Counted from the first letter of the stretch, positions 14,456-26,767 are shown. The stretch: DNA of 64,000 bases from the human T2T-CHM13v2.0 reference genome, Homo sapiens (GCF_009914755.1 NC_060937.1); one strand, 5' to 3'. Numbers and translations are program-made. Notes: generated from the letters alone by a model not told the origin.

Positions 14456-16651
14456 CAATATGGTTTGGCTGTGTCCCCACTCAAATCTCATCTTTAATTG
14501 TAGTTCCCATAATCCCCATGTGTCATGGGAGGGACCTAGTGGGAGGTAATTGAATCATGGCAATGGTTACCCTCATGCTGTTCTCATGATAGTGGGTTCT
14601 CACAAGATCTGATGGTTTTATAAGGGGCTTTTTCCCCTTTTGCTCAGCACTTCTCCTTGCTGTCACCATGTGAGGATGTGTTTGCTTCCCCTTCCACCAT
14701 GATTATAAGTTTCCTGAGGCCTCCCCAGCCATGCTGAACTGTGAGTCAATTAAACCTCTTTCCTTTATAAATTACCCAGTTTCGGGTATGTCTTTATTAG
14801 CAGTGTGAGAACGGCAAATTGGTACCACAGAGAATGGGGCACTGCTGTAAAGATACCCAAAGATGTGAAAGCAACTTTGGAACTGGGTAACAGGCAGAGA
14901 CTGGAACTAATGGAAGGGCTCAGAAGACAGGAATATGTGGGTAAGTTTGGAACTTCCTAGAGATTTGTTGAATGGCTTTGACCAAAATGCTGCTATGGAC
15001 GATGAAGTCCAGGCTGAGGTGGTCTCAGAGATGAGGAACTTACTGGGAACTGGAGTAAAGGTCACTCTTGCTATGCAAAGAGACTGGTGGCATTTTGCCC
15101 CGCCCTAGAGATCCACATGTGGAACTTTGAACTTGAAAGAAACAATTTAGGGTATCTGGTTGAAGAAATTTCTAAGCAGCAAAGCATTCAAGAGGAAGCA
15201 GAGCACAAAAGTTTGGAAAATTTGCAGCCTGATGATGTGATAGAAAAGAAAGCCCCATTTTCAGGTGAGAAATTCAAGCCAGCTGCAGAAATTTGCCTAA
15301 GTAACGAGGAGCCAAATGTTAATCACCAAGACAATGGGGAAAATGTCTCCAGGGCATGGCAGAGGACTTCATGGCAGCCTCTCCCATCACAGGCCTGGAG
15401 ACCTAGGAGGGAAAAATGGTTTCATGAGATGGGTCCTGGGCCCCCCTGCTGTGTGCAGCCTTGAAACTTTGTGCCCTGCTTCCCAGCAGCTCTGGCTGGC
15501 CATGGCTAAAAGGGGTCAATGTACAGCTCAGACCATTGCTTCAGGGGGTACAAGCCCCAAGCCTTGGCAGCTGCCACATGGTGTTGGGCCTGTGGGTGCA
15601 CAGAAGTCAATAACTGAGGTTTGGGAACCTCCACTTAGATTTCAGAAGATGTATGGAAATGCCTGGATTTCCAGGCAGAGGTGTGCTGCAGGGGTGGTGC
15701 CCTCATGGAGAATCTCTGCTAGTGCAGTGCAGATGGGAAATGTGGGGTCAAAGCCCCCACACAGAGGCTCCACTGGGGCACTGCCTAGTGGAGCTGTAAG
15801 AAGAGGGCCACTGCCCACCAGACCCCAGAATGGTAGATCCACTGACAGCTTGCAGCTTGTGCCTGGAAAAGCCGCAGACACTCAATGCCAGCTTGTGAAA
15901 GCAGCCAGGAGTGGAGCTGTACCTTGCAAAGCCACAGGGGTGGAGCTGCCCAAGGCCATGGGAGCCCACCTCTTGCATCAGCATGACCTGGATATGAGAC
16001 ATGGAGTCAAAGGAGATCATTTTGGAGCTTTAAGATTTGGCTACCCTGCTGGATTTTGGGCTTGCATGGGGCCTATAGCCTTTTTGTTTTGGCCAATTTC
16101 TTCCATTTGGAATAGGTGTATTTACCCAATGCCTGTACCCCCATTGTATCTAGGAAGTAACCAACTTGCTTTTGATTTTACAGGTTCATAAGCAGAAGGG
16201 ACTTGCCTTGTCTCAGATGAGACTTTGGACTTGGACTTTTGAGTTAATGCTGGAATGAGTTAAGACTTTGGGGGACTGTTAGGAAGACATGATTGTGTTT
16301 TGAAATGTGAGGACATGAGATTTTGGAGGAGCCAGGGGCAGTCCCCACCCAAATCTCATCTTGAATTATAGTTCCCATAATCCCCACGTCATGGGAATTA
16401 CCTCCGATGGGAGGTAACTGAATCATGGGAGCAGTTACCCTCATGCTGTTCTCATGATAGTGAGTTCTCACAAGATCTGGCTTTTTTTTTTTTTTTTTTT
16501 TTTTGAGACAGAGTCTTGCTCGATCACCCAGGCTGGAGTGCAGTGGCACAATCTAAGCTCACTGCAACCTACATCTCTCGGGTTCAAGTGATTCTCCTGC
16601 CTCAGCCTCTTGACTAGCCAGGATTACGGGTGCTTGCCACCATGCTTGGCT

Positions 16652-16692
<41 letters not shown>

Positions 16693-17038
16693 TATTTTAC
16701 AGACGGGGTTTCACTATGTTGGCTAGGCTGGTCTTGAACTCCTGACTTCAGGTGATCTGCCTGCCTTGGCCTCCCAAAGTGCTGGGATTACAGGCATAAG
16801 CCACTGCGCCCGGCTGATCTGATGGTTTCATAAGGCTTTTCCCCCTTTTGCTCAGCACTTCTCCTTCCTGCCGCCATGTGAAGAAGGACATGTTTGCTTC
16901 CCCTTCCACCACGATTGTAAGTTGTTTCCTGAGGCCTCCCCGGCCATGCTGAACTGTGAGTCAATTAAACCTCTTTCCTTTATAAATTATCCAGTTTTGG
17001 GTATGTCTTTATTAGTAGAATGAGAACAGACTAATACA
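14456..17038 (+). mobile_element. Near full-length THE1 (ERVL-MaLR, THE1C/D-like): 5'LTR ~14456-14814, internal ~14815-16340, 3'LTR ~16341-17038 interrupted by an Alu
   Basis: Two highly similar LTRs (..ATATGGTTTGGCTGTGTCCCCAC..; ..GAGAACAGACTAATACA) flanking typical THE1 internal sequence. Confidence 0.92.
16482..16815 (-). mobile_element. Alu inserted in the THE1 3'LTR; long T run in the linker
   Basis: Antisense dimer; LTR sequence resumes at GATCTGATGG. Confidence 0.93.
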
Positions 17039-17633
17039 ACCCTTAAAGGAGACTGACGGAGAGGATTCTTCCTGGATCCCAGCACTTCCTCTGAATGCTA
17101 CTGACATTCTTCTTGAGGACTTTAAACTGGGAGATAGAAAACAGATTCCATGGCTCAGCAGCCTGAGAGCAGGGAGGGAGCCAAGCTATAGATGACATGG
17201 GCAGCCTCCCCTGAGGCCAGGTGTGGCCGAACCTGGGCAGTGCTGCCACCCACCCCACCAGGGCCAAGTCCTGTCCTTGGAGAGCCAAGCCTCAATCACT
17301 GCTAGCCTCAAGTGTCCCCAAGCCACAGTGGCTAGGGGGACTCAGGGAACAGTTCCCAGTCTGCCCTACTTCTCTTACCTTTACCCCTCATACCTCCAAA
17401 GTAGACCATGTTCATGAGGTCCAAAGCCAGGCTCCCAGAGAGCCCTCATTCTCGTTTGTCAGTGTGGTCCCACAGACTCTATTGAGCAGAAATTCCTTTA
17501 AGTATCTTGCATGTGAACTTTTGTAGGCTCTCACAGCTGTGCAGGTTTCACCTGTGTTTGTGTTCTGTTGGTTCAGTCATGAGCAGAATTGGGGAAGGAA
17601 TCAGGCACACCTACCTCAGTACTAATTTTTTTT

Positions 17634-17758
17634 GGCTGTTTTTTCCCAAAATGTCATAGATCAGTTACAGATAACAGAAGAGTAACTGTACAGGAAAACT
17701 GTCACTTTGGGCTGTCTGTGCTGCTTAAATGGGAAGGCGGCTGCATCTTTGATCCCAA
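17634..17758 (-). ncRNA. SNORA16: H/ACA snoRNA SNORA16 (ACA16)-like retrocopy, sense within N4BP2L1 intron 1
   Basis: Minus strand ...GCCCAAAGTGACAGTTTTCCTGTACAGTTACTCTTCTGTTATCTGTAACTGATCTATGACATTTTGGGAAAAAACAGCC closely matches the SNORA16 3' half as I recall it. ACA box 3 nt from the end, then an oligo-A tail and an AAAAATT(G/A)G flanking repeat. Confidence 0.75.
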
Positions 17759-17860
17759 TTTTTAAATTTCTTCTTACTGTAACTATGAGGTAAAGGAGCC
17801 GGCACATCAAACATTTTCACCTGCAACAAATAGGAATCATTTTCTTATGCACCGAATTGA

Positions 17861-18362
<502 letters not shown>

Positions 18363-18475
18363 TAATGCATTCATCAAATGTTGAATAAAGGCCTGTGATG
18401 TGCCTGGCCTTCTTTTAGGAGCTGGACAGAATAAAGTTCCTGATCTCATGGAATTTACATCATATCTCATGAAGC

Positions 18476-19991
18476 TTACGTTCTAGTAAAAGAAATAGAT
18501 AATAAATAAATATACGTCAGTGGTACCAATGCCAAGAAGAAAAGAAAGCCAAGGTACAAGGCAACAAATGGTAGCATGAAAGTCCCTTTCAGGCCCTCTT
18601 TCTTCTTCAGCATATCCTTAAAATCTGTGGGGAAAGAGTGCTGGACAATCCTGGCTATACAATCATACTTCAGCAGGACTCCCCAATAATTGTGAAAGGG
18701 ATGTAGGTATGTTTGTCCATGAACTTCCCTAGTAATATAAGATCACTTGGTGTATTATGAAATCCCCTGAGTCTCTCAAATGTGTGACTCTCCAATCCTA
18801 AAATCCTCATCTATAAAATAAAAATGACTACATCCCAGGGTTATTGTGAAGATTCAATAAGCCAGTGTCCAAAAAGGGCCGGGCAGACAGTCAGCAGTAA
18901 CCATGTGCTGGCTTTTCTTTCCCCATTTCTCCCTTCCCCTTTCCCAGACTCTTACCTTGATAAAAACAGCCTTCTCCCCAAGCCATACATATGATCTGCC
19001 TTATGAAGGAACAGTTGGAAGGCAGACTAATTTTTCTTTATTATAAAATTTCCTTAATCCCAGAGAGCCTCAGTATCTTCAGATAACTTGGCGTGACTAA
19101 AAAAAAATTCTTATTGGGTTCATCCAGAGACTGAGTGGCCATAGGCGGGTGCTATTATGTAGGGGAAGGTTCATGAAACTGCCATGAAGGAACTAAGGCA
19201 TTGACTTATAAATATCCTAACATGTGAGCAGATGAGAAAGAGACTTTAGACCTGCTTGGGAGTTGGAAGTTGACTACCACATCTCTCTCCAACACATCAT
19301 AACCAGGATAAATATGGAAACGTATTTAAAAATCTAAATCTCATTTCCTCCCATTGCCCTCAATGGTACGTTAATAAAGAAAATAAATTCCCTGGTGAGT
19401 AATATTTTTTATATTATGAGAAACATTAATATTGACAACAAAAAATGTAGCTTCCTTACCCTGACAATTGAAATCCAGGTTAACTTAGCCCGCTTATAAG
19501 GCTCTTGTTTTTTCATTATACGACAGATCAAAACCAAACTCATTACCCTTTCACGAGATCACCCCCTTTCCGGCCTCTTCTTTTGGGGTACACAAAAAAA
19601 GCTGTTAGAAATAGGAGAACACATCCCTTTGACCCTGATCAAGATGTTTAGCTTCTCAGTGTCTTGGGCTCAGACCAGATGAACTCCAGGGGAGTTCCTA
19701 TACATCTCCTGAACTTTTCCTTTGAAAGTATTCTTCCCCTATTCTTCCTTCCTTCATCCATTTCTACTTCCTCTCGGGTCATAATCCACACCTGCAATAT
19801 CGGATTGCCCCAGTTCAGCAGGGTCTTCTTCCATTGTTCCAACAGCTCCAGGAATGTGTTTGTGGTGAATCTCCTGTATAGCTGGGCAATCTTTCCTGAT
19901 ACAGCCTCTCCAATGAGCAAGAACAAGCACATACCACGCTGTATATTTGCACTCTTTGTTAAACAGATACAGCTTTTAAGTCCTCATTCAT
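18476..19991 (-). pseudogene. Candidate decayed Rab/Ras-like small GTPase gene (three exon-like segments) nested in N4BP2L1 intron 1
   Basis: FLLIGEAVSGK..QLYRRFTTNTF (G1-like), GNPILQVW, then after a frameshift FKGKVQEMYRNSPGVHLV* and GNEFGFDL. Splice-like sites at 19459 (GTAAGG), 19097/18955 and 18625. Stops and frameshifts throughout. Recognised by eye only. Confidence 0.4.
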
Positions 19992-20789
19992 CCCAGCCTC
20001 CAGAGAGAGGGTAAGGACAAGGACTCTCGGTAGTGAGGAGAGGAGATTTAGGACCCACCTTAGGAAAATTGTGAAAAATACAAAAAGCTAGTAGTCATTT
20101 TCCAAGTAGACCTAGATGACTAAAGATTTGATATATCACCTGTCTGACCCTCCACTTTTATATTCACAGAGTTGGAATGCTGCAAACATTCTATTGTGAG
20201 CTTGCTTTTATTAATGAGAGCCCTGGCCTCATAAAGAAACACACCACAGTCCAGGCCTGCTGGCTAGGAGCACTGTGGAGCAGAGTATTCTTTGGGGTCC
20301 AACTACTCACTACTTAGCCAACTTAACTGGCCCCCTGTTCTCACTGTTTCTCACATTCCACTGCTTATCTGGTTGTAAAGTATACTTTTCTCCCCATCTC
20401 CGCCTTACCATTGCATCACATTAGAAAAGCATCCTTTCACTTCTGTGCAAGGCTCTATAATGAAAAGAAATAATGAAAAGGTACTTCTCATGATGGAAAA
20501 TTCCATGTTATCCAGAGATATGAATAAGGAGAAAAGACAGCTGTCAGCGGGCATCCTTTGAGCCTAACTGAATCCATGTTACAAACCATTTGTGATGGTG
20601 CCAAAAGGAACCAGAACATTGCAAAGGATGCAACATGTACTACAGGGTGGTTCCCCTGACTTTGCTTTGATTGAAATGTAAAGATTCAAAAAAATTCTGG
20701 GGAACTGAAATAAGATTGACAACTTTTAATTTTTCAAATAAGACCATGAAAAAACAAAGAAAGGCTACCCTCTATTATGGCAATTTCAT

Positions 20790-21180
20790 TTAAAAAGGAT
20801 GTTTTAGTGGTATGCCCATACAAGGTAATATTTTATTGAGATACAAAAATAGTAAAGTTCTGACACATGCTACAACATGGATGAACCTTGAAAACATTAA
20901 GCTACATGAAATTTAGCCAGACACAAAAGGACAAATACCATATGATCCACTTACATGAAGCATGTAAAGGAGGCAAATGCATAGAGACAGGAAGTAGCTG
21001 AGAGGTTACCCGGGGTCGGGGGAGTGGGGAATAGGCAGTTATTGCTTAATGGGCACAGAGTGTGTTTGGAGTGATAAGAAATTTTTGAAATAGATAGTGG
21101 TAATGGTTGTACAACATTGTGAGTGTAGTTCCACATAATACAATGCCAGTGGATTGTATATAAAAATGGTTTAAATGGTC
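20790..21180 (+). mobile_element. L1MB-like 3' end fragment
   Basis: ACAACATGGATGAACCTTGAAAACATT...GGTTGTACAACATTGTGA. Confidence 0.75.
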
Positions 21181-22759
21181 AAAACCGGAAGGCATTTTAA
21201 CACACACAGTGGAAAGCACAGAGGTTCACCCATGGATGCTTTCATTGAGGTAGCGGAAAGGACAGGTGCAGTTCCAGGTGAGTTTGTCAGCTGAGCTGTG
21301 AAAGAGAGAGTTCTGGCTCATCTGCTGAGAATGAAAGGGTCTTGGCATTAGAATCTTATTTCTTCTGACAACAGCTCTCTACTCCTTTGTTCAGCCTTTA
21401 ATGTTCTCCATGATCTGGTCCTGGGCTTACTTCACCAATACACTTACTACAATGAAGCCTTCACTTCAATCAAGCCCGGGAGCACACCCAGCTCTCTGCC
21501 ACCTCCATCTCCTTAGTCGGGCTGTTGTTCCTTTTCCTTCGTTCAGCCACCTCCTTCCCATCTTCAAGGCCAGCTCAAGAACCGTCTCCATGTGGAGAAG
21601 ATCCTTTCTCCCTAATTAGCCTTCATCCTCCTCACTGCCTCCCCAGCCTTCACCACCAACAGCATTTGAGATGCCACTCCCCACTGGCCCTTACCCACAG
21701 CAGTGGGCTGATTATGTCTTTCCATTGGTTAATCCCAGGCAGGCGCCTTCTCATATGCTTATTTGGCATATGCTTCCCTAAACAAGTGCTAAAGGTCTTA
21801 TAAGTACTCAGTGGACACCCACCTCGGCCTCCCAAAGTGCTGGGATTACAGGCATGAGCCACCGCTCCACCCTCCAATTATTTCTTAGGATGAATTCCTG
21901 GAAGTAGAGCTTATAGGTCAGTGGTAAGAACCTATCTGTAATATGCTTTTTAAATGAAACACGGGTGATAAAGCAGATTTAGGGCACATGCTAATTTGTC
22001 AGTACTTTGATGTGCTCAAAAAATTTAATCAGTTAAAACTCCAACTTTTAAAAAATAAATTCAAAGAATTTAAATAGATGTTTTTCCACATTCCATCCAC
22101 TTCAAACTATGAAAACATGTAAAAAGCACAGAAATCTAACATTGATTTGGGAGACAAGACATATCTTAATTTCAAAAACATTTTTATTAGTTCTTTAATC
22201 AAATGAGAAAAAAGGTTAAGCAGAAAAAGATGAACCCACATTTGTAAAAAGCGATTTCCTCCAAATTTTGAAGAAAAAAATTTTTATTCTAAGAAATACA
22301 TATTCGTTATAGAAAATTTGGAAAATACAGAGAATAGAGAAAATGTGAATTTCCCAGAATCCAACAACACACAGATAACCTTACAGTTTTACTATTTTCT
22401 ATATACATGTGTATTTTTAAACAATTTGCTCTTTTCTTCTTCCCCACCCTACCTCCCAAAAAAGTGGGGAAGGCAGCTCCTGGTGGGCCACACCTGAGCC
22501 TGCCTCTCCACCATTCCATCCTCACCACCGGCCTCCCTTCCGCTGAGCTGTGGCCCATTTCCTCGCTTACGTCCCAGACTTTTCTATAAACACACAATCC
22601 ACCCCATGGCATGCCAAGGCTGCTCTGCTCCCAGAACTGCCAATGCCCAGCGAAACGGGAGGACTCAAAGTCAACTGCCAAGCTACCTTCTTCACTCCAG
22701 AGCCAGGATCCAGGGAACACTGAAGATTTATCTCAGCTGACCAACAACGGAGCAGTAAC

Positions 22760-22985
22760 TAACACCTCTTAAAATGTATATAGCACTTTAAGTTTAAAAA
22801 GTCCTCCCACACACATTTAATGTTCACAAAACCCTCAGAGGCAAACAGAACAGATATCCCCATTTAACAGAAAAGGAAACCGAGGCACAGAGGGGTTGGG
22901 TGAAAAGCAAAACTAGTGAATGGTAGAGCTTGGATGTGGAGCCATAAATTGACTCCAAGGTCAGAGCTCTTTAACATAGCCATTA
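22760..22985 (-). mobile_element. MIR-like SINE (similar MIR/L2 fragments at ~6.7-7.0, 13.1-14.0, 18.4-18.9, 44.0-44.3 and 46.1-46.3 kb)
   Basis: CCCCATTTAACAGAAAAGGAAACCGAGGCACAGAG core motif. Confidence 0.7.
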
Positions 22986-25147
22986 TTAGCAAACTATTTT
23001 TAATCTGACCACTGGAAATTAAGAGTCAGAAGGATCTTTAATAAATCCTATAATCTAGTAGCCTTTTAGTAGTCACATGTAAGGAACATAAGGCCCGGAA
23101 AAACTAGATGACTGACCAAAGTCGCCAGCTAGTAAGTGACGAAGTAGGTCTGAAGGCACAATCTTCAGACTCCCAGGCCAGTGCTCACTCCAGTCGTCCC
23201 TAGAGAGAGAGAGATGGTCTGTAATAGGTGTTCTCTCATCCGGTGTCTTCTGCTTAGCCAAATGTCAATCAGGAATTAAAATCCTAAAAGTGCAGAATGT
23301 TAGAGCCAGAAAGGACCCTAAGGACCACTCAGGCAACGCCCTGGCTTCACAGATGAGGAATGTGAATCCAAGCCCCTGATGTTCCATTCTGTGTATCTTG
23401 CACCCATCATGTTACTTCGCTTCCCAACAGAGTCAGAAATTAAATCTGGCCAAAGACGTTTACTTCCTTCTTTGACACTCAGTGTCTCTTTGACACTCAG
23501 TATGAGGCAGGCCACAGATCAGCAAAGCGAAAGTGAAATTAAACAGGATTTGACATTCAGAAGATACTTGGTTGGTAACAGATTTACCCACCATGACTGT
23601 ATCACAAAATAACCAACTGCTGAGTTCCAAGGAGGCTCCCCGACTCTGCCTCTGTCCTCCACCTCCCCTCCCCAGCGAGCCAGAGAGGGTCTATTGAAAT
23701 GTGTCCCTGGTTTAGGAAAGGGTGCCCACGGTCCTCCAGAAGTCACATGTCCCTGCAATTTGTGAAAATGTAGCAATATTCTGGCCAAAAGCTTCTACTC
23801 CGCGAGTCAACCAGGAGCACCTCCCCAGGCTGTCCCTCCTCCTAAGGTCACTATCTCGGCACCATCGAAATCCGCACGTGACTGTCCATCACCTTGATTC
23901 TTCGGCAGTTCCTTGGTACCATGGCTAGCCTTATCTCTCCAGTGAGACGGGAAGCCCTTTGAGGGAAAGGGACCACTTCCTCTACTGAACAGCTACTACG
24001 TGCCAGACAATGTGCTTGGCAGGGTAAGACATGGCTCCTACCTTCAAGAAACTTACAGAAGGATAAGAAAAACCATGTGCAAAAAAGTAAGCACAGTCAC
24101 GTAGGTATAAACAGGAAGCCAAGGAGCCCAGAAGAGGGGCATATACTGGCGGGGTGGGATAGCTGCCCGGTCTTAAAAGGCAAAAGAAGGCGGGAGGGCA
24201 AGCCAGGCAGGAAGGCCAGCGTCAAGGAGAGAAGCGGCTTGGTTTACAGGAGATAAAAACAGTTCGAAGTTGCTGGAACATCAAGCGCAAGGCAGGGAGC
24301 GGTGGGAGTTCAGGCTGGAGCGGTGGGGCCTAGCAAGGTGGCCACAGGCACAAGCCCGCGTAATTCCCAGAGGTTGGGTACCGGAGGGCCGCTTACGCAA
24401 TTCGCAAGTGAACGAATTTGGGCGCCCATGGCGAGGCTCTGTCAGTGACGGTCGGTGGTGGCGCCGCCAGCCAGCCCCCCGCCCCCGTGCACCTGTGCGC
24501 CTTCGCAGCTGCCAAAGCAAACGCAGGCTCCCCGACTTCGCCAGATTTTCAAAGCGGGCTGCCAGCCCCGGGCCACTGCCACGGCCGCCCCGGGCCCCCA
24601 CCCCCGGACCCCTCGTTTATGCGCTCGGATTACAGCGCCTGTTGACGCACTGTAGCGGCCGCCTGCGCGCCAGCGGGGCCCGGCGGTTTTCTCTGCAGTC
24701 GCCACCGGGTTTTCCCGAAGAAGAGTCCCTCCCGACCTGGGGCTGGGGAGGCTGGGGGCGGTGAAGGCTGCTTCGGCCCGGCTGGCCCCAGGCGGGGCAC
24801 GGCGGCGGGGAAGGGGCCGGGGCCGCTGGGGCTTGCGCGAGGCGCAGTACGGGAATCCGTCCCCCCCGGGACAGCGCGGCGGGAAACAAACAGGACGAGC
24901 TCCCTCCTCTCCGTGCCCGCGCCCTCAGGCGCCAGGGGTGGCAACGGCCTCAGGGGTCGAGGGAGGCGGCTCGGGCTCCCCGCGCTGCCAGGCTCAGGCT
25001 TGGGCTGGGGCTGGGGCCGGGGCCGCGGCAGGCACCCGCGGCGGGGGCGCAAGCGGCGCCCGGGAGCGGCTTGGGGCAGGGGTGCGCTCGGCCGGGGCGT
25101 TTGGTGGCCCCGGGCCCGTGCACCGGCGCCCAGACCGCTGTCATTAC

Positions 25148-25326
25148 CTGGCCAGTGTAGTTTTCCCGGAGCCCGGGAGGCCTCGCAGGAGGTAGAGGTG
25201 TTTCCTAAAGCTGTGGCGGCGAGGAGGTGTCCCCCGCGGGGGCGGCCGGGGCGGCCGCTGCCGCTGCTGCTGCTGCTGGGGCTGGAGGCTCAGCCTCCCA
25301 AAAGATTGAAGGAAACTGTCCTCCAT
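25148..25326 (-). CDS. N4BP2L1: N4BP2L1 coding exon 1 (MEDSFLQ...LLRGLPGSGKTTLA; Walker A)
   Basis: ATG at 25326; 179 nt = 59 codons + 2 nt; donor AG|GTAATG at 25147; polyQ/Pro-rich N-terminus then GxxGxGKT. The five exons sum to 732 nt with consistent phases. Confidence 0.96.
25258..25278 (-). repeat. Short coding CAG tract, (CAG)5 CGG CAG = QQQQQRQ
   Basis: Plus strand ctgccgctgctgctgctgctg inside exon 1. Confidence 0.85.
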
Positions 25327-26767
25327 GGGCAGGAGGGCTGGCTGCGAGAGCCCCGGGTTCCCTTTACTGAAGTCACGGTCTTGGCCAAAGCTGTTGTTTT
25401 TGTGACTCTCCGGCCATGTGATGGATAGAGGGGCGGGCGCTGGGAGCCCAGCCCCTCCTTTCCACCCGCCGGAACCGTGCTGCGTGGGAGGGGGCGTCCC
25501 TACCTGGAAAGCTGGGGACGCTGGGAGACTCACAGCCCGGAAAACAAGGGTGACGCACCCACTCCCACCTCGACCCCCGCTCCGCCTCCTGGTGCCCTTT
25601 GCCCTGAGCAGTGGAGGGGAGGGGCCCCGTCTAGTAGGTCTCTGGGACACTTCCCCGGCCTGGAAGCCAGGCCTCCTGCCACAGCCCTCCCCAACCCCAG
25701 CCCCGACCTGCCTAGACCCTGAAAGTGAAATCATTTTAGCTGATGATTAATGAGCTGCCCGGCATTGTAAATGGCAACAGTAAAGGCCATTGTCTCCCCC
25801 GATTTGTGAGCACCAACATCTGGCTGGCGTCCCAAGGGCTACCACCACTCTCCCAGGGCTTGTATCTTTTCTTATTTCATCTTTCTTTAGCAGCCTGCCA
25901 AAAATATTATTAGAAAGCTTTGTTGCCGCTACATAACTTTAAATCTCTCCTTCCTCAGAAAAAGCACCCATAAAACTCAGATTGATTTATGAACAGTAGC
26001 ATAAGGGCTACCGCCCAGGTACCTGCCCTGTTGCCGCCTGAGAAGTGGGGGCTTCTTGGAGAACTCTTTCAGATCCCCGGGGAAAGTGGCAGAGTCTACC
26101 GAAACCATTTATAGAGAAGTATCCAGACTGAAGTTCTCAGTTCCAGGAACTAGGGAGTACCCATTGGTTGATCACCACAGTGACTCTCCAACAGTTCACC
26201 CTCAAGAGCGTGACAGAGTGATCCTGTTTTCTGAACCAAAATTCACCATGCCTGCCTGAAAGAAACAACATTCAAAACTGACACCATCCTGGGAAATGCA
26301 GAATATATGGTGGCTTTGGCTATAATAATTATTGTAAAGTAATAAATTCTATTTCTGGCAGCTAAGGTACTAAAATTGTGAAAAGCAACTATGAAAAAAG
26401 TGATTTCCTTCTAAAACAAAATCCAGAGATTTCACAGTTAGCTTTTAGGAAGGGACTATCCAAGTGGGGAGGGGCTCTGTGCTGAGAACTTCCCCTTCCC
26501 CTTGGGATTTCCCTCTAGGGATGGGATAGGGCGGAGTGGGAGATGAGCTGCTCTCCCTTGAAAATCCATTCCCAGCGTGGAGGAAGAATACTTTCCTCAT
26601 TCTTCTCAGCACTGCTAAGAAACAATGGAATTTCAAAGACCTCTAAATATTAGGAGGGAACCCATAAGGAACAGAAAATATACATAAATCGTAAAAATAG
26701 TGACACAATCTCTGTATCCTATCATAATTTGCCCAGCTTCACATGCTACCTTTTTCATTTTAACCTG

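Larger units (their letters stand above)
24330..25720. promoter_or_regulatory. CpG island / N4BP2L1 promoter, extending about 800 bp into intron 1
   Basis: Very high GC and CpG density around exon 1; GC boxes (e.g. GGGGCGGGCG at ~25430); E-box CACATG (minus) at 25415-25420; C/EBP-like TTACGCAA at ~24393; G-rich tracts. Confidence 0.9.

Noticed and set aside
15316-16191. 291-aa ORF
   Set aside because: It lies wholly within THE1 internal sequence; such MaLR ORF remnants are common and there is no sign of domestication.
19760-19980. Alternative reading HWRGCIRKDCPAIQEIHHKH as a FLYWCH/MULE zinc finger
   Set aside because: Only a loose resemblance in one short frame; the GTPase-like reading explains several motifs in the right order.
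23470-23501. CTTTGACACTCAGT tandem duplication (similar small duplications at ~46170-46203 and ~45024/45084)
   Set aside because: Two-copy slippage events; not an array, and no CRISPR-like repeat-spacer structure anywhere in this eukaryotic window.
24270-25750. Many overlapping Arg/Pro/Gly-rich ORFs
   Set aside because: Expected from stop-codon scarcity in a CpG island; only the N4BP2L1 exon 1 frame has domain support.
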